Source of the DNA: an uncultured delta proteobacterium
Lineage (GTDB): Bacteria > Desulfobacterota > Binatia > Binatales > Binataceae
NCBI GenBank assembly: GCA_963711565.1
Contig: CAVQEQ010000001.1
Span: 1,265,217-1,329,216, forward strand
DNA: 64,000 nucleotides
Reading direction: 5' to 3'
Positions 1-12,954 of the stretch are shown in pieces. The number at the start of each line of letters is the position of its first letter. Position 1 is the stretch's first letter. The notes under the pieces were generated by a model. It saw only the letters and a list, made by a program, of their open reading frames with translations, was not told the DNA's origin and made no database searches. The position numbers and the translations under genes are program-made.

Positions 1-1311
1 TATGTAGTGCGTACAGTTCTCGACAATGACGATAGCGTCATCCACTACGATTCCGATCGCAAGGATCAAGGCGAACAGAGTCATCAAGTTGACCGAAAAA
101 CCGAGCAATGCCATCGCCGCAAAAGCGCCTATTATCGTGACTGGTACGGTCGTAGCGGGAACCAGCATCGCGCGGAAGTTCTGAAGAAAAATTACGATGA
201 CGATCAGAACGAGGATGCCCGCCTCGCCCAGCGTCACATACACCGCGTGAATTGCCTGGCCAATGAAGACGGTGGTGTCATAGAGCGGAGTGTATTTGAG
301 TCCTTCCGGGAAGGTGCTGCTCATCTTCGCCATCAGTGCGCGCACGGCGGACGCGACCTGCAGCGAATTTGCGCCGGGCAGCGCATAGATCGCGATATGG
401 CCTGCCTTTTTGCCGCTCAGATTGGAGAACAGCGTGAACTGCTGCTGGCTCATCTCGATCTTTGCAACGTCTTTGAGCCGCACTATCGAGGCAGTCTCGC
501 TCGGTTGAGCGCTGTTAACGGTTTGTCCTGCCAGGGTCGGCGCAAGGCGACTTTTGATGATGATGTTTTCGAACTCTTTCGGATCCGACAGGCGTCCCTG
601 GGTGTTAACCGTGAACTGGAAGACCTGGTTCGATGGAACCGGCGGCCCACCTATCTGACCCGAGGCGACCTGGTTGTTTTGAGACTGAATCGAGTTCTGT
701 ACATCGAGCACGGTCAGCCCGAAGGTTTTGAGCTTGTTGGGATCGAGCCAGATGCGCATGCTATAGGCACCGGCGCCTATGACCTTGACCTGACCTACCC
801 CTGGGATGCGAGCGATAGGATTAACCAGGTTGATGGTCGCATAGTTGCTGAGGAAAGTTTCATCGAAGCGGTTGTCATCCGAGTAAAGACTCTCCATCAG
901 CAGGATGTTGGTGGTGACTTCCTTGACGTTCACTCCCTGGTCCTTCACGGGCGCAGGCAGTTCCGAGAGCGATCCGTTGACCGCGTTCTGGACCAGCGCG
1001 AGCGAGGTGTCGAGATCGGTTCCGATCGTGAAGGAGACGGTCAGCGTATAACTTCCGTCGCTGCCGCTGGTGGATTGCATGTAGATCGCGTTCTTTACGC
1101 CGTTGACCGACTGCTCGATCGGTACGCCCACCGTCTTGGCGACAGTTTCAGCGCTCGAGCCCGGATAGTTCGTGGTCACCTGGATCGTCGGCGGCACGAT
1201 TGGCGGATACTGTGAGACGGGCAAGGAGTAGAGACAAACAAACCCGAGCAGTACGATCACTACCGCGAAGACGTTCGCGAGGACCGGCCGCTCGATAAAG
1301 AACTTCGACAT
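1..1311 (-). CDS. RND efflux transporter permease subunit (AcrB/HAE1 family), 3' part runs off window
   Basis: Manual translation from ATG at 1311: MSKFFIERPVLANVFAV...YPPIVPPTIQVTTNYPG...ILAIGIVVDDAIVIVEN, with the classic RND N-terminus and TM4 DD motif; not in ORF track because it has no stop in the window. Confidence 0.95.
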   Translation of the reverse strand, partial: MSKFFIERPVLANVFAVVIVLLGFVCLYSLPVSQYPPIVPPTIQVTTNYPGSSAETVAKTVGVPIEQSVNGVKNAIYMQSTSGSDGSYTLTVSFTIGTDLDTSLALVQNAVNGSLSELPAPVKDQGVNVKEVTTNILLMESLYSDDNRFDETFLSNYATINLVNPIARIPGVGQVKVIGAGAYSMRIWLDPNKLKTFGLTVLDVQNSIQSQNNQVASGQIGGPPVPSNQVFQFTVNTQGRLSDPKEFENIIIKSRLAPTLAGQTVNSAQPSETASIVRLKDVAKIEMSQQQFTLFSNLSGKKAGHIAIYALPGANSLQVASAVRALMAKMSSTFPEGLKYTPLYDTTVFIGQAIHAVYVTLGEAGILVLIVIVIFLQNFRAMLVPATTVPVTIIGAFAAMALLGFSVNLMTLFALILAIGIVVDDAIVIVENCTHYI

Positions 1312-1320
1312 TGGCTAGCC

Positions 1321-2517
1321 TTAGTGACTACTCGCTGCCTGGCCGGCGTCCTGTGCGGTGCCCTGCGATTGCAGTTCGGGATTGACTTCGCGGCCTGGAA
1401 TAGCTTGCAGCAGCCCCTCGGTAACAACTCGATCCTGCGGACTCAGGCCTTCATCAATCACGTACTGTTGACCGATCTGAGTACCGGTTTTTACGCTTTT
1501 GCGCCGAACGATGTTCTGGCTATCTACAACCAGGACGTACTCACCCTGTTCATCGAAGCTCACGGCAGTGGCCGGGATCAGCAGAGCAGGATGCTTCTCG
1601 GGCGCGACCACCCTGACCCGCACGAACAAGCCGGGAACTATGAACGACCCCGGATTGGGAAAGATGCCTCGCAACTGCAGTGTGCCCGTGGTCGGCGCGA
1701 CGCTGAGCGAAGCGAAATCGAGTTTCCCTTGATGCGGATAGCCTTCCTCATCCGTAAGGCCGAAGTAGAACGGGATCGGCTGCGACGGGAGTTCGCCGCC
1801 GGAGGGTTCTTTCATGCGCCGGCGAATCTTGAGCAGTTCGGTCTCAGCAACCGTGAAATAGACGTACATGGGATCGACGCGGTTGATCTCGGCTAGCTGT
1901 ATGTTGGTGCCAGCGCCGACCAGGTTGCCGGGATTTACCAGGTGACGTCCCATCCGGCCATCAAAAGGGGCGCGCACTTCAGTGTAACTGAGGTTCAGCC
2001 GGTCAAGACTGGTCTGTGCCTGGGCACTGGAGAGACCGGCAGCCGCGGCCGCCCGCTCGTACTGCCAGTGATCCACTTCCGTTTGCGTGGCAGCGCCCTG
2101 CTTTTCAAGGCCCTTGTAGCGCGCCAGCTCAGTGGTCGAATGGAATAGTGCTGCCTTCTGCGTCGCGACCTGCGCCAGTGCCTGTTGTAACTGATCTTTG
2201 TACTGTTGCTGTTGAATCGTGAACAGCAGGTCGCCCTTCTTAACCAGCGCCCCGTCGGTAAAGTGGACCTTGTCCAGATAACCTTCCACCCGCGCGACCA
2301 GCGTCACAGAATCCACCGCTACCGTGTTGCCGGTAAAGTCGAGGTGATCCGCTACGTCCTGTGTAACCGGAGTCGCGACCGTAACGGTGGGAGGCGTGAT
2401 GGCTGGGCCGGTCTTCTTTCCGCATGCGGAAATTGCAATCGCCGCCGCCATCAATAAGGCACAATTTCGCAATCGACACGTCCGCAAAGTATTCAAGCTA
2501 TTCAATGAACTGGTCAC
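1321..2517 (-). CDS. RND efflux periplasmic adaptor (membrane fusion lipoprotein)
   Basis: Lipobox ISAC, ARVEGYL..V.F..G..VKKGDLLF, VRAPFDG motifs; directly upstream of the RND permease. Confidence 0.93.
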   Translation of the reverse strand: MTSSLNSLNTLRTCRLRNCALLMAAAIAISACGKKTGPAITPPTVTVATPVTQDVADHLDFTGNTVAVDSVTLVARVEGYLDKVHFTDGALVKKGDLLFTIQQQQYKDQLQQALAQVATQKAALFHSTTELARYKGLEKQGAATQTEVDHWQYERAAAAAGLSSAQAQTSLDRLNLSYTEVRAPFDGRMGRHLVNPGNLVGAGTNIQLAEINRVDPMYVYFTVAETELLKIRRRMKEPSGGELPSQPIPFYFGLTDEEGYPHQGKLDFASLSVAPTTGTLQLRGIFPNPGSFIVPGLFVRVRVVAPEKHPALLIPATAVSFDEQGEYVLVVDSQNIVRRKSVKTGTQIGQQYVIDEGLSPQDRVVTEGLLQAIPGREVNPELQSQGTAQDAGQAASSH

Positions 2518-2524
2518 CGGGTTC

Positions 2525-4143
2525 TCACCATTCGGGCGGCCGGATCAGGGAGCCCTCGTCCTTGGGTGACGGCACCCCTGGCGCGCGTGGCTGCAGGAGT
2601 TCGGGCGAAAGCAGGGTTCCCCAATTTGTGCGATTCGCCATCGTGGCCTGCACCTCTCGCGGCACAAAATCATTGCCTTCCCGAATCTGCCAACCGCCAC
2701 CGAGCGCGCGATATGTCGCGATCAATGCCTGCGGAACGTCTCCCATCTCGATCGCGAGGCTGTTCTGCGCCTGGTAGAGGTTCTGCTCCGCCGTCAGCAC
2801 GGTCGTGAAATCCAGGATGCCCTGGTTGTACTGGATCATCGCGATGTTCAAAGCCCCCTCCGCCGCAATCACGCTTTTCTGGAGAAAATCGACGGCAAGC
2901 CGCGAGTCCACAAACGCGATGATTCCGTTCTCGACCTCCTGCTGAGCCGTCAGCACCTGATTCTGATAGGTGATCTGAAGCTCCTGAAATTTCGCGTCCT
3001 GCACGCGAACGTTGTTGGTGATCTGCCCATAGTTGAGGATATTCCATTGCACGTTGGGACCGACATTCCACGTCAAGCTGCTTCCTGTGAAGACGCTTGC
3101 CAGAGTGCCTCCTGATATCGTTGCCGCCACCGTCGAGATACTACCCGTTAAGTTGAAGGCGGGCAGCAGATCGGCCTTGACGAAACCTATCTGCGCGCAT
3201 TGGGCGGCGGCCTGCAGTTCTGCCTTGCGAAGATCCGGTCGGCGCAGGAGCAGGTCCGCCGGGATACCCACCGCGACCTTGTCCGGCGCAGTGGGAATCT
3301 CCGAACTACCCGCCAGGTATTGGTCCAATGTTCCCGGCGGCATCCCCAGCAGCACCGACACTGCGTTCTTGGTCTGTTGCAGTTGAAGATCCAACTGCGG
3401 GATCGATGCTTGCGTCGTATCAAGAACGTTCTCCGACTGATAGACGTCTCGCTTGGTCGCCGCGCCGCCGCGATACTTTGCGAGCGCGATCTTGTATGCA
3501 TCTCGTTGCCGCACCACGTTGTCGCGCGCAATCATGATCTGCTTTTCGATTGTGCGGATTTGTACATAGTCACTGGCAACGTCGCCGGTCAGCGTCACCA
3601 GCACATCGTCATAGTCGGCTACCGAGGCCAAAAACGAGTAGTCGGCCGTCTCGATTCCGCGCGCAACTTTCCCCATACGTCCAGTTCCCAACCGGCTTGT
3701 GCGCCGAATGAATCCGACCAGTAAGTGTTGCTGAGCAGATGGTACGGCACCGAAATAGGAAGCCGGTTGTAGCTGACCGACGCTCCCACCGACTGCTGTT
3801 GCGGGAAGAATTCACCGATAGCCACGCCCAGTTGCGCACGGGCTTCGAGCACGCGCACACCGGCAGTCATCAGGGTCAGGTTCTGCCGATACGCTACGTC
3901 GATTAGCCGCGTCAGCACTGGATCGTTAAATACCGACCACCAATCCCGATACTCCTGTCGTCCCGTATCGACCGACGCCTTCCCGCCCTCCATCCAAACT
4001 TTGGCGACGGGCGTGGGTGGCGGTTTGTAGTCCGGACCAATCATGCAGGCGCCGGCAACCGCGCTGAGCCCGAGCGCCATCAGCCGAACCAAACCGACAA
4101 GTCTTATTGGTTCGCGGTGCTTAGGCAGTGAATTCTTCAGCAT
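2525..4143 (-). CDS. RND efflux outer membrane lipoprotein (NodT/OprM family), one frameshift near 3670
   Basis: ACMIGPDY lipobox, WWSVFNDPVL, WELDVWGK, PADLLLRRPD, YRALGGGW; split over ORFs 3619..4143 and 2525..3691. Confidence 0.92.
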
Positions 4144-4511
4144 CCAGATGATCCAGGCAGGACATCAGGACAACCAGTGCGAGGGGGCAAGGAGCAGTAG
4201 GCCGGAATTTCTTTTTTGGCTTTCAAAGCTCGATTCCTGCCATTCACCAATCTCAGTGTCAAGTCGCGACCTCCGTGACGATCGCGGCAGGCTCCGGGAT
4301 TCGCGGGTTATCAAAGTTCGAGCCGTTCGACCGCCCGGCGCACGCTCACTCGTGTGCCGACCAGAAACTCGGGCGCACGGCAGAGACACAGGTGGCCGCA
4401 TCGGCCGGTCCATAGGAACGGATCCATTTTTTCGCGTCCGCGTCGTTGTAATTGCCCGGCGTTGGAGCGCAGAGTGCGCGAAGCAGAGTTGAATGCCGAG
4501 TTGAAAACAAA

Positions 4512-7500
4512 ATGACGCTTGTCATCTTGATAGCTTTCGGAATTCCGATCTGGTTAATTGCCCGCGCCGTTAAAGCAAGGAATCGCCTGGAGGAAGTTTC
4601 CCATCGGCTCGACGCGCTCGAATCCGAAGTTGCTCGACTAAAACGTGAGAAGGAATCGCCCCCGACTGTGGTCGAGCCTTCCGCTCTCGGTCCTTGGGCT
4701 GAGTCAGACTCAGCGCGCACCGCACAACCGACGACTGTCACTCCCGCTCCTTCTGTCACGCCGCCAGCAGCAATCGCTGCTGCTCCCCAGCCGGTCTTTG
4801 CGCCTCCACCACCGCCGACCATCACGTCGCCGCCCGTTTCCAAGCCGCCGCCCCTGCCGATTCCGAAAATCAATTGGGAACAATTCATGGGGGTGAAAGG
4901 GTTTGCGTGGATTGGCGGACTCGCGCTGTTTCTCGGCGTCGCATTTTTCGTCAAATACTCATTCGACAACAATCTCGTCCCGCCCGAACTGCGCGTGGCG
5001 ATCGGCTTCCTCGCCGGTCTCGGCCTGCTCGTCGGCGGCGTGGTGATGTCGCGCAAAAATTTCCCCGCTCTTTCGCAAACCTTGTGCGCGACCGGCGTTG
5101 TCATTCTCTACGCCGTCACGTTCGCCTGCCGTTCGATTTATCATTTCGAATTCTTCGGGCCGATTCCGACGTTTCTGCTGATGGCGCTCATCACGACCAC
5201 GGCTTTCCTTCTGGCCGTCCGGCTCAACGCCCTCGTCGTCGCCATTCTTGGAATGCTGGGTGGTTTCCTCACGCCCGATTTTGCTTTCGACCGGCCAGGA
5301 CAATCCGCTCGGACTTTTCGGCTACATCGCCATCCTCGACGCTGGACTGATTGTCGTCGCGTTGCAACCGACGCTGGTATTTTCTCACCGCGCTCGCCGC
5401 GCTCGGCACTGCCATCATGCAGATCGGCTGGGCGGCAAATTTTTCGTCAGCGAAAAATATTTTGAAGGAAACAAGATTTTCGTCGCGCTTGGCGTGCTGC
5501 TTGGCTTCAACGCGCTTTGGCTCGCGGCGAACTGGTGGGCGAAAGGCAGCCGCCGATACAAGATCCTAATCCTGGATGGCTTCGCGGCTGGCTCTCGGCG
5601 CACTTGGCCTGGTGGCCGTCGCGCTCGCGTTCACCGCGTGGTTTCTGGATTTCGCATCCGCTCGCGCAACGCCCGTGGTTGATGTTCGGTTTTGTTTTTC
5701 TCATTGATCTTGTCGCCATTGCGCTCGTGCTGACTCGATGAAACAATCTGCCGTCGCCCAATCGATTTCCGGCTTCGCCGTTTTTGGCATTGCTCGCATT
5801 TTGGACGGAAGAATCCCTGTCCGAACGAATACTCAACGCCGCGCTGGCGTTTTATTTCATCTTCGCCGTTGTCCATTCGGCTTTGCCCGCGTTGCTCGCA
5901 GCGCCGGCGCGGCGTGACAACCCAAACATGGGCGAATCACATCTTTCCCGATTTTTGCGCTGGCGCTGGTGCTCGTGCCGGTTTTCAAGCTCGCGGAAGT
6001 CTCGTTCATCGTCTGGCCGTTTATTTTGCTGGTGGATTTGCTGGCCATCGCGCTCGCCGTGCTGACGGCCACGTTGTTGCCGGTGCTGGCGGTGCTGTTG
6101 CTCACGCTCGCCGCGACCGGCGCGCTCATTTTCAAAATTCCGTCCGATCTCACCGGCCTGCCCGTTTCATTTTTCCTGCTCGGCGCATTCGTCGTTTTCT
6201 TCGTCGCCGCCGGCATTTGGCTCGTGAAAAAATTCAAGCCCGATGCGCTGAAAACCGGGATCAAATTTGGCAACGACCTTGCCGCGCCGGGGGATTTGGC
6301 TGCGATTCTGCCGGCGTGCTCCATCGTGCTGCCGTTCCTGCTGCTCATCATGGCGACGCTGCGATTGCCGCTTGATAAATCCGTCGCCGGTTTTCGGCCT
6401 CGCGCTGCTGCTGGTCGTGTTGTTGCTTGGCGTCACAAAATTATTTTCGCTCGACTGGATGCCCGCCGTCGGCCTCGCCTGCGTGACCGCCCTCGAATGC
6501 GCGTGGCATTTCAGCCATTTCGATCCCGCGAATCCGAGCCAGCCGCTGAATCTGGTCTTGGCGTGGTATTTGATTTTCTTCGCCGTGTTCGCGCTGTTTC
6601 CGTTTTTATTTTTGAGACAATTTTCCGGCAAAGTTGTTCCGTGGGCGGCGGCGGCAATGGCCGGGCCGCCGCAATTTTTTCTCATCCATCGTTTCGTATC
6701 CGCCGTTTATCCGAACCAAATGATGGGCTTGCTGCCCGCTGCGTTTGCGATTCCCGGATTGTTGAGCCTGGTCGCCGTCCTGAAAAACATTCCCGCCGAA
6801 AACAAATCGCGCATGGCGCAACTCGCGTGGTTCGGCGGCGTGGCGTTGTTTTTCATCACGCTGATTTTCCCGATCCAGTTCGACCGGCAATGGATCACCA
6901 TCGGCTGGGCGCTGGAAGGCGTGGCGTTGCTGTGGCTGTTCCATCGCGTGCCGCATCCGGGTTTGCGGCTGACCGGCGTCGGCCTGCTCATCGCCGCGTT
7001 CATCCGGCTCGCGTTCAATCCCGCCGTGCTGGAATACCATCCGCGCGCCGCCATCGCCGATTTTCAACTGGTATCTCTACGCCTACGGCATCGTGACGAT
7101 TTGTCTGTTCGCCGGGACAAGGCTGCTCGCGCCGCCGCGCAACCTCGATTTTGAAATCAAATGTTCCGCCGATTCTTGCCGGACTGCGGCACGGTGCTGG
7201 CTTTCTTGTTGTTGAACATCGAAATCGCCGATTATTTCAGCGCGCCGGGCTCGACGCTCACCTTTGAGTTCGGCGGCAATTTTGCGCGCGACATGACCTA
7301 TTCCATCGCATGGGCGTTGTTCGCGCTCGGCGTTGCTCGTTTATGGCATTCGTCAAAAAAATTCCCGCCGCGCGCTATGCCGCGATGGGCTTGTTGTGCG
7401 TGACGCTGCTGAAACTTTTCTTCCACGACCTCGCGCAACTCGGCCAGCTTTATCGCATCGGCGCGTTCATCGGCGTGGCGGTCATTGCGATGCTCGCGTC

Positions 7501-7570
7501 GTTCGCGTATCAAAAGTTTTTCGCGGCCGGCAACAATCAGAAAGAATCAAAAGATGAAACGCCTCAATAA
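4512..7570 (+). CDS. DUF2339-family large polytopic membrane protein, several frameshifts
   Basis: WEQFMGVKGFAWIGGLALFLGVAFFVKYSF, LGMLGGFLTP, terminal LLKLFFHDLAQLGQLYRIGAF; pieces in successive frames. Confidence 0.82.
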
Positions 7571-9552
7571 TTTTCCGGCAGCTTGCTCTGCATTTTCGCG
7601 CTGCCTGTCGGCGTTTCAGCCATCGCCGCGAATCTGCCGTCCGACTGGCAGCACGAGCAATCGTTTGACGTTTCCACAACCGGCCTTGTGAAAATCAGTC
7701 TGCCGGTTGAAACACTCGATGCCGCGCGTCCTGCGCTCGAAGATTTGCGGCTCTACGACGACGCGGGAAATGAAGTGCCGTATTTGATCGAACGTCCCAT
7801 GCCGGCCGCAGAAGGTCGTGCAAGCGGCAAAATCATTTCAAGTTTCGCTCAACGCAAACACGACAGTCATCACGCTCGAAACGGGACTGGCGCAGCCGCT
7901 CGATAGCCGTCACGCTCGAAACTCCGGCGATGGATTTTATCAAAGCCGTGCGCGTTGAAAGTTCCGACGACGGCAACCGCTGGCAAACACTCGCGCAAGG
8001 CCAGCCGATTTTTCGCCAGCCCGACGGCGCAAGTCATTTGCAAATTTCCTTTCCGCCAAGCTCTTCAAAATGGCTCCGCCTTACCGTGGATGACGAGCGT
8101 TCGCCGCCGGTCCCGTTCACCGGCGCGCTCGTCCATGCGGCCACTGGCGAGCCTGCGCCTGGAGAATTGATCCCGGCAACGATCTCCGAGCGTGACGAAA
8201 ATCCCGGCGAAACGCGGCTGGCGCTGAACCTCGGCGCGGCAAATTTGAGTGTCGCTTCCGTCCAAATTGAAACCTCCGAACCGCTTTTCATGCGCCAGGT
8301 TTCAATCGCCGTTCCTAAATGTCCGAAGACTCCATCAGCGAACAAACCATCGGGCAAGGTACCGTTTATCGCGTCGCTGTCGAAGGCCAGACGCCGTCTG
8401 AAAATCTTTCCGTGCCGCTGGACAATCTGGTGCGCTCACGCGAATTGTTTGTTCTCATAAAAAACGGCAACAGCCCGCCGCTGCCGATTTCTGCCGTGCG
8501 CGTGGAGCGGCGTCCGGTTTATCTGGTTTTCCTCGCGCGGCAAGCGGGCGCATATCATTTGCTCACCGGCAACGCTCATTGCGATGCGCCACGATACGAT
8601 TTGGCCGCGCTGGGCATGAATCTCAAAGACGTGGCCGTTTCTCCAATTCAAATCTCGCCGCCTTCGAACAACCCGGATTTTCGCGCAGCCGGAGGTTTTG
8701 CCTGGTCTTGAAGTAACCGGCGCGGCGCTCGACGTTTCGGATTGGAAATTTCGCAAGCCGGTGAAAATTTCCAGCGGCGCTGGAGCGCAACAAATCGAAC
8801 TCGATCTGGAAGTGCTCGCTCACGCGAGGCCGGGCTTCGCGGATTTGCGCGTGTTGCATGGCAGCAACCAGGTGCCTTACATCATCCAGCGCACCTCCAT
8901 CAACCGCGCGCTCACGCCGACCGTCACCGCGACGAAGGACGAGAAAGATCCAAAGTTGAGCCGCTGGATCATCAAACTTCCCCAGAGCGGTTTGCCGATC
9001 ACACGACTGACTTGCGTTACCCGAACGCCGCTGTTTGAACGCTCGGTGTCGCTTTACGAAGAACTCACGGATGAGCGAGGTGACAAATATCGCCGGGTCC
9101 TAGGCGGCGCGACCTGGACGCAAACTCCGGAACGGCAGTCGAAAGATTTCACGCTGACGCTGGACGGCCCGGTACAGAGCGACACGATATTTCTCGAAAC
9201 GGATAACGGCGACAATCCGCCCATCGAACTGGAAAAGTTCGTCGTCTTTTATCCGGCCACGCGAATCTTGTTCAAAGCAAACCCAGGCGACGAACTGTTT
9301 CTCTACTACGGCAACCCGCAAGTAGCGCCGCCAAGTTATGATTTGAGCCTCGTCGCCGAACAATTGCTGTCGGCTGAAAAAAATGACGCATCGCTCTTAG
9401 CTGAAGAACAACTCAAAGGCTCTTCCTGGTATAAAAATCAGATGCCAAGTCAGGGCGGCGTACTCCTATGGGGAATCCTCGCGTTGGTGGTCGTCGTATT
9501 ACTCTTCATCATTTCACGCCTGCTGCCGAATTCGCAGCCACCCGCGTCGTAA
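7554..9552 (+). CDS. DUF3999-like exported protein with C-terminal membrane anchor, frameshifted
   Basis: Signal peptide; two internal repeats (DLRL...G.EVPY, NGD/NSPPL/I, PxYDL); C-terminal TM helix; overlaps the DUF2339 stop. Confidence 0.7.
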
Positions 9553-9660
9553 GAATCCCAGTAGAGCATCGCCGCCGTTCATGCTCATGCGGATCCGACC
9601 TTCTGCACAGTCGGCACAATCGCTGCTCTACCTTGAACGAGAAGTTTAGGTCCATGCGGC

Positions 9661-10482
9661 TTAAGCAACTCGGCCATGGTCGGGTCGTCCGCGCTCAAAC
9701 CGATATCGGCTCCAGACCTTAATCGCCCGGAAAACGAAGTAATCGACAGGCTCAACGACTGGTTCAAGCGCTGCAGTCGCGGCGTGTTTCCGAAGAGCCT
9801 CAAGCCCTCTCTGAAAATGGGAGTCGTTCAATTGAGCCAGGATCGAGTCCGCGCGGAGAGCGAGGCGCTCCGCATAATCAGACCAGTCTCTAGCGGCTTC
9901 ACTTTGAATAAGCTCATGCCGCATCGGCTCGAAACCGGCTGTCACGAACGTCAACTCGATAACCGCCCGCCGATTCAGGCTCCTTTCGAGCATATCTCGG
10001 GTTTCGGGGAAGAACGGGACGAAGGCGTAATTGTCAATCTGTTCAATCGTGCCCGCTCGCAGACAGGCGACGCGATCACGCCGCAACACTCGGCGGCATT
10101 CTCGTATCGCCGCGGCAGCGTCTCTGAAATGGTGGAAAACCATCGACAAGAAGACCATCTCTACGGTTTCGTTGGCCAATGGGAGCGATTCTCCGGAAGC
10201 ACGGACGAGCGATACCCGGCTACTAGATTTCCTCTTCGCTTCCGAAAGCATTTTCTCCGATGGTTCTATTCCGATGACGTGCGCGTTCAATCAACTCGAG
10301 AGCCCAGCCGAATAGCGACCCGTTCCGCAGCCAAGGTCCAATATAACTCTGACCGATGCGTTTCCGAGCGAGTCGGCGAGGACCTCCAGCCACCGGCCGA
10401 GTTGCTCAGGACTATAACTCCGACCACGATCGTAACCGGCGGCCATATTCGTTTTGTCGTAATCCACTCTGCTGACTGCCAA
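9661..10482 (-). CDS. Class I SAM-dependent methyltransferase, frameshift near 10290
   Basis: ILDLGCGTGR motif I in 10291..10482, continuing VIGIEPSEKML...ESLPL...VFHHF in 9661..10290. Confidence 0.88.
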
Positions 10483-10791
10483 ATAACAACTATAAGCGGG
10501 GCACTCCAGGGAAATGGTCCGCTACTTGCTGATGATCCGTCCGTCGCCGGCACGAATTATGGCGAACCGCATCGGATGGAACAGCGACTCACCTCTGTCA
10601 GCGTCAGAATGCAAGATCGTCGAAGTCTTCTTGTGCTCCTTTGACGATCCTGGCGTACTCTCGATATTCAGGACGTAATTCAGCCGTTAACTCAGAGAAT
10701 GTCTTCAGAGTAGCATCTTTCGATGCGACGAGAGGCGGTGTCGATTATCAGAACGGGATAGAATTATTCCCGAGGGGAGTTGGAGGTAATC

Positions 10792-10863
10792 ATGAACAAT
10801 AGAGGTTCCCAGCTCACAAAGATCGCGCTTGCCTTGTCTCTGTGTATCGCGATCCTCGCGGGT
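10792..10863 (+). pseudogene. Orphan signal-peptide stub of a truncated secreted protein
   Basis: GGAGGT RBS then MNNRGSQLTKIALALSLCIAILAG; this frame then runs out of frame into the CadC-like gene. Confidence 0.5.
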
Positions 10864-12828
10864 CCGAGCCTGTCGACCTTGCGCACATCGCCGATTTCAA
10901 CCTCGGCGGCCTGGAGGTCAGTCCTTCAAGGCGCCAGGTAGTACGCGGGGATGATCGCGAAACGCTGGAGCCCCGGGTGATGCAGGTTCTGGTGGCCCTC
11001 TGGCAGGCGAATGGACAGGTCGTTTCCCGCGACGATCTGATCGCCCGTTGCTGGGAAGGCCGGATCGTGGGCGAAAGCGCCATCAACCGGGTCACGTCCC
11101 TGTTGCGCAAATTGTCCGAGAGCAATGGTGGCGTCGACTTCAGCATCGAAACGATTCCGCGGGTCGGCTATCGGCTGACGGCTGGGTCTGAAGTCGGGCC
11201 ACTTGGCCGCCGATCCGAAACGGAGATTGAGGCGGCGTGGCCGATGCTTCGGCGGCGCTGGGCGACTTCGCGCGCTTCATGGGCCGTTATGGGCGTCGTT
11301 CTCGCTACCGGGGCAGGTCTTTGGCTCTCGCACGATCGGTTGCCCTGGATGCCCGGCCCCGGGAAGCCCGGGTCGCCGTACTGCCATTCGACATCATCGG
11401 TCCGGGAAAGGAATTGCACGGCCTCGCCGACGGCCTGCTCGACGAAATCGTCGGCCAGTTATCGGATAGCCAGATACAGGTGGTTTCCCCGGCGAGAGCA
11501 AGACTCTGCGCGGCAAGGATCCCGAGGCAATCGACCGGTTGGGCGCCGACATGGTGCTCGATGGCACAGTGCAAGGCGATGGAAAGGCCATCGACGTTCG
11601 CATCCATCTCAATGACGTCCGCGAGCATGTGGTTCTCTGGTCCGGCGAATTCCATGGGTCTGCCGACGCAACCGAGACACTTGAGGCAAGCGTCGCCGCC
11701 CAGGCCGCCGATGTCCTCTATTGGGCCAGGACCGGGCGGTCCGGAAAGGTGAAGCTAGATGCGGCAACTTTTGCTGCCTTCATCGCCGGCCGCGAGGGCA
11801 CGACCGGGGTGCGCAATACCGGCGACGGCGTGGATTTGGCCGACTATCGCAAGGTCGTTGCCGCGGCGCCGGACTTTTCGTGGGGCCACTCCGGGGTCGC
11901 GGCAATGGAAGGGTTTGAGTTGCGGGAATCTAGCCGGCATTGTACGCCGGCAACGATGCCCTGCGCGCCGATGCGCGGTTGGAGGCAAAACGAGCCCTGG
12001 CGCTGGATCCCCACAATGGAGAGGCCTGGATGGCGCTGGAGTTGTCCGCGCCGCTACGCGATTGGCAGGGACGGGAGGCATTACTGCTTCATGGCATCGC
12101 CGCCGATCCGAATTTCGAGCCGATCGCGATGATGGAAGGCCGCCTGCTCTGGGCTGTCGGTCGCGGACAGGGACGCGCTGTTTGGCTCCGACGCGCGCAC
12201 GATATCGATCCCCTTTTTAACGGCGCGACCTGGTCGCTGGCTATAAACCTGGCGTCGGAGGGCCGTCTGGCGGAAAGCCGCGCGATTGTCGCACGGATGG
12301 AGCTTCAATGGCCCGATCATGGCGCTACCAAGGATGCGCGCTTCTGGACGAATGTCCTCGCAGGCGCGACAGACGACGCCCTGGCTCTGCTGGCCGATCC
12401 CCCACACGCCCCCCCGAAATGGATCAGAAGTCGGCCGACGCCTGGCGCGCGGCGCTGAAGGCCAGTGCCTCGAAGGATCCAGCGGCCAAGACCGGTGCCA
12501 TTAGAGAGGTAATGGATGCGGCCAACGCCGGTTCACTCGAGCCCGGTCAGGCGCTGACGCTTCTGGCGATGCTGGGCGATCTCGATGGCGCCTTTGCCCA
12601 GGCACAGCTTTACGAACCGCTCGACTTTCTGCGCCGCCCTATCTGTTCCTGTCGACGACCGCGGCCATGCGTTCCGATCCGAGGTTCATTCCCCTGGCGC
12701 GCAAGCTCGGCCTGGTCGCCTACTGGCGCGCCACCGGCCAATGGCCGGACTTTTGCAACGAGCCGGGCCTGCCTTATGACTGCCGCGTCGAGGCGACCAA
12801 GGTTGTCGCCCAATTACGCCGCCCCTGA
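10842..12828 (+). CDS. CadC/OmpR-like winged-helix - TM - TolB-like/TPR transmembrane transcriptional regulator, frameshifted
   Basis: LEPRVMQVLVAL...VVSRDDLI.RCW.GRIVGE.AINR...IETIPRVGYRL; VAVLPFD; RALALDP; C-terminus GLVAYWRATGQWPDFC...C, stop at 12828. Confidence 0.85.
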
Positions 12829-12873
12829 ATACGCCAGAGGTCTGTTGAGATCGACCAGCGGCGGCCGGCCCGA

Positions 12874-12901
12874 ATGCCGGCTTTGGGTTAAAAGCAGTCA
12901 T
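12874..12901 (+). repeat. 28-bp 11+6+11 palindromic site, copy 1
   Basis: ATGCCGGCTTT GGGTTA AAAGCAGTCAT, 45 bp after stop of + strand CadC-like gene. Confidence 0.75.
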
Positions 12902-12954
12902 TCGGCCTGTATTAATTGCGGGCAGTCTAGGCGTAGCACCACGTTAACGGTCGT

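Noticed and set aside
7-1215. 402-aa + strand ORF
   Set aside because: Antisense shadow of the RND permease on the - strand.
10488-10542. TGGTCCGCTAC half-arm and hairpin resembling the 28-bp site or an attC
   Set aside because: No matching right arm or GTTRRRY core, and it lies outside the block.
9676-10644. 322-aa + strand ORF
   Set aside because: Antisense shadow of the methyltransferase.
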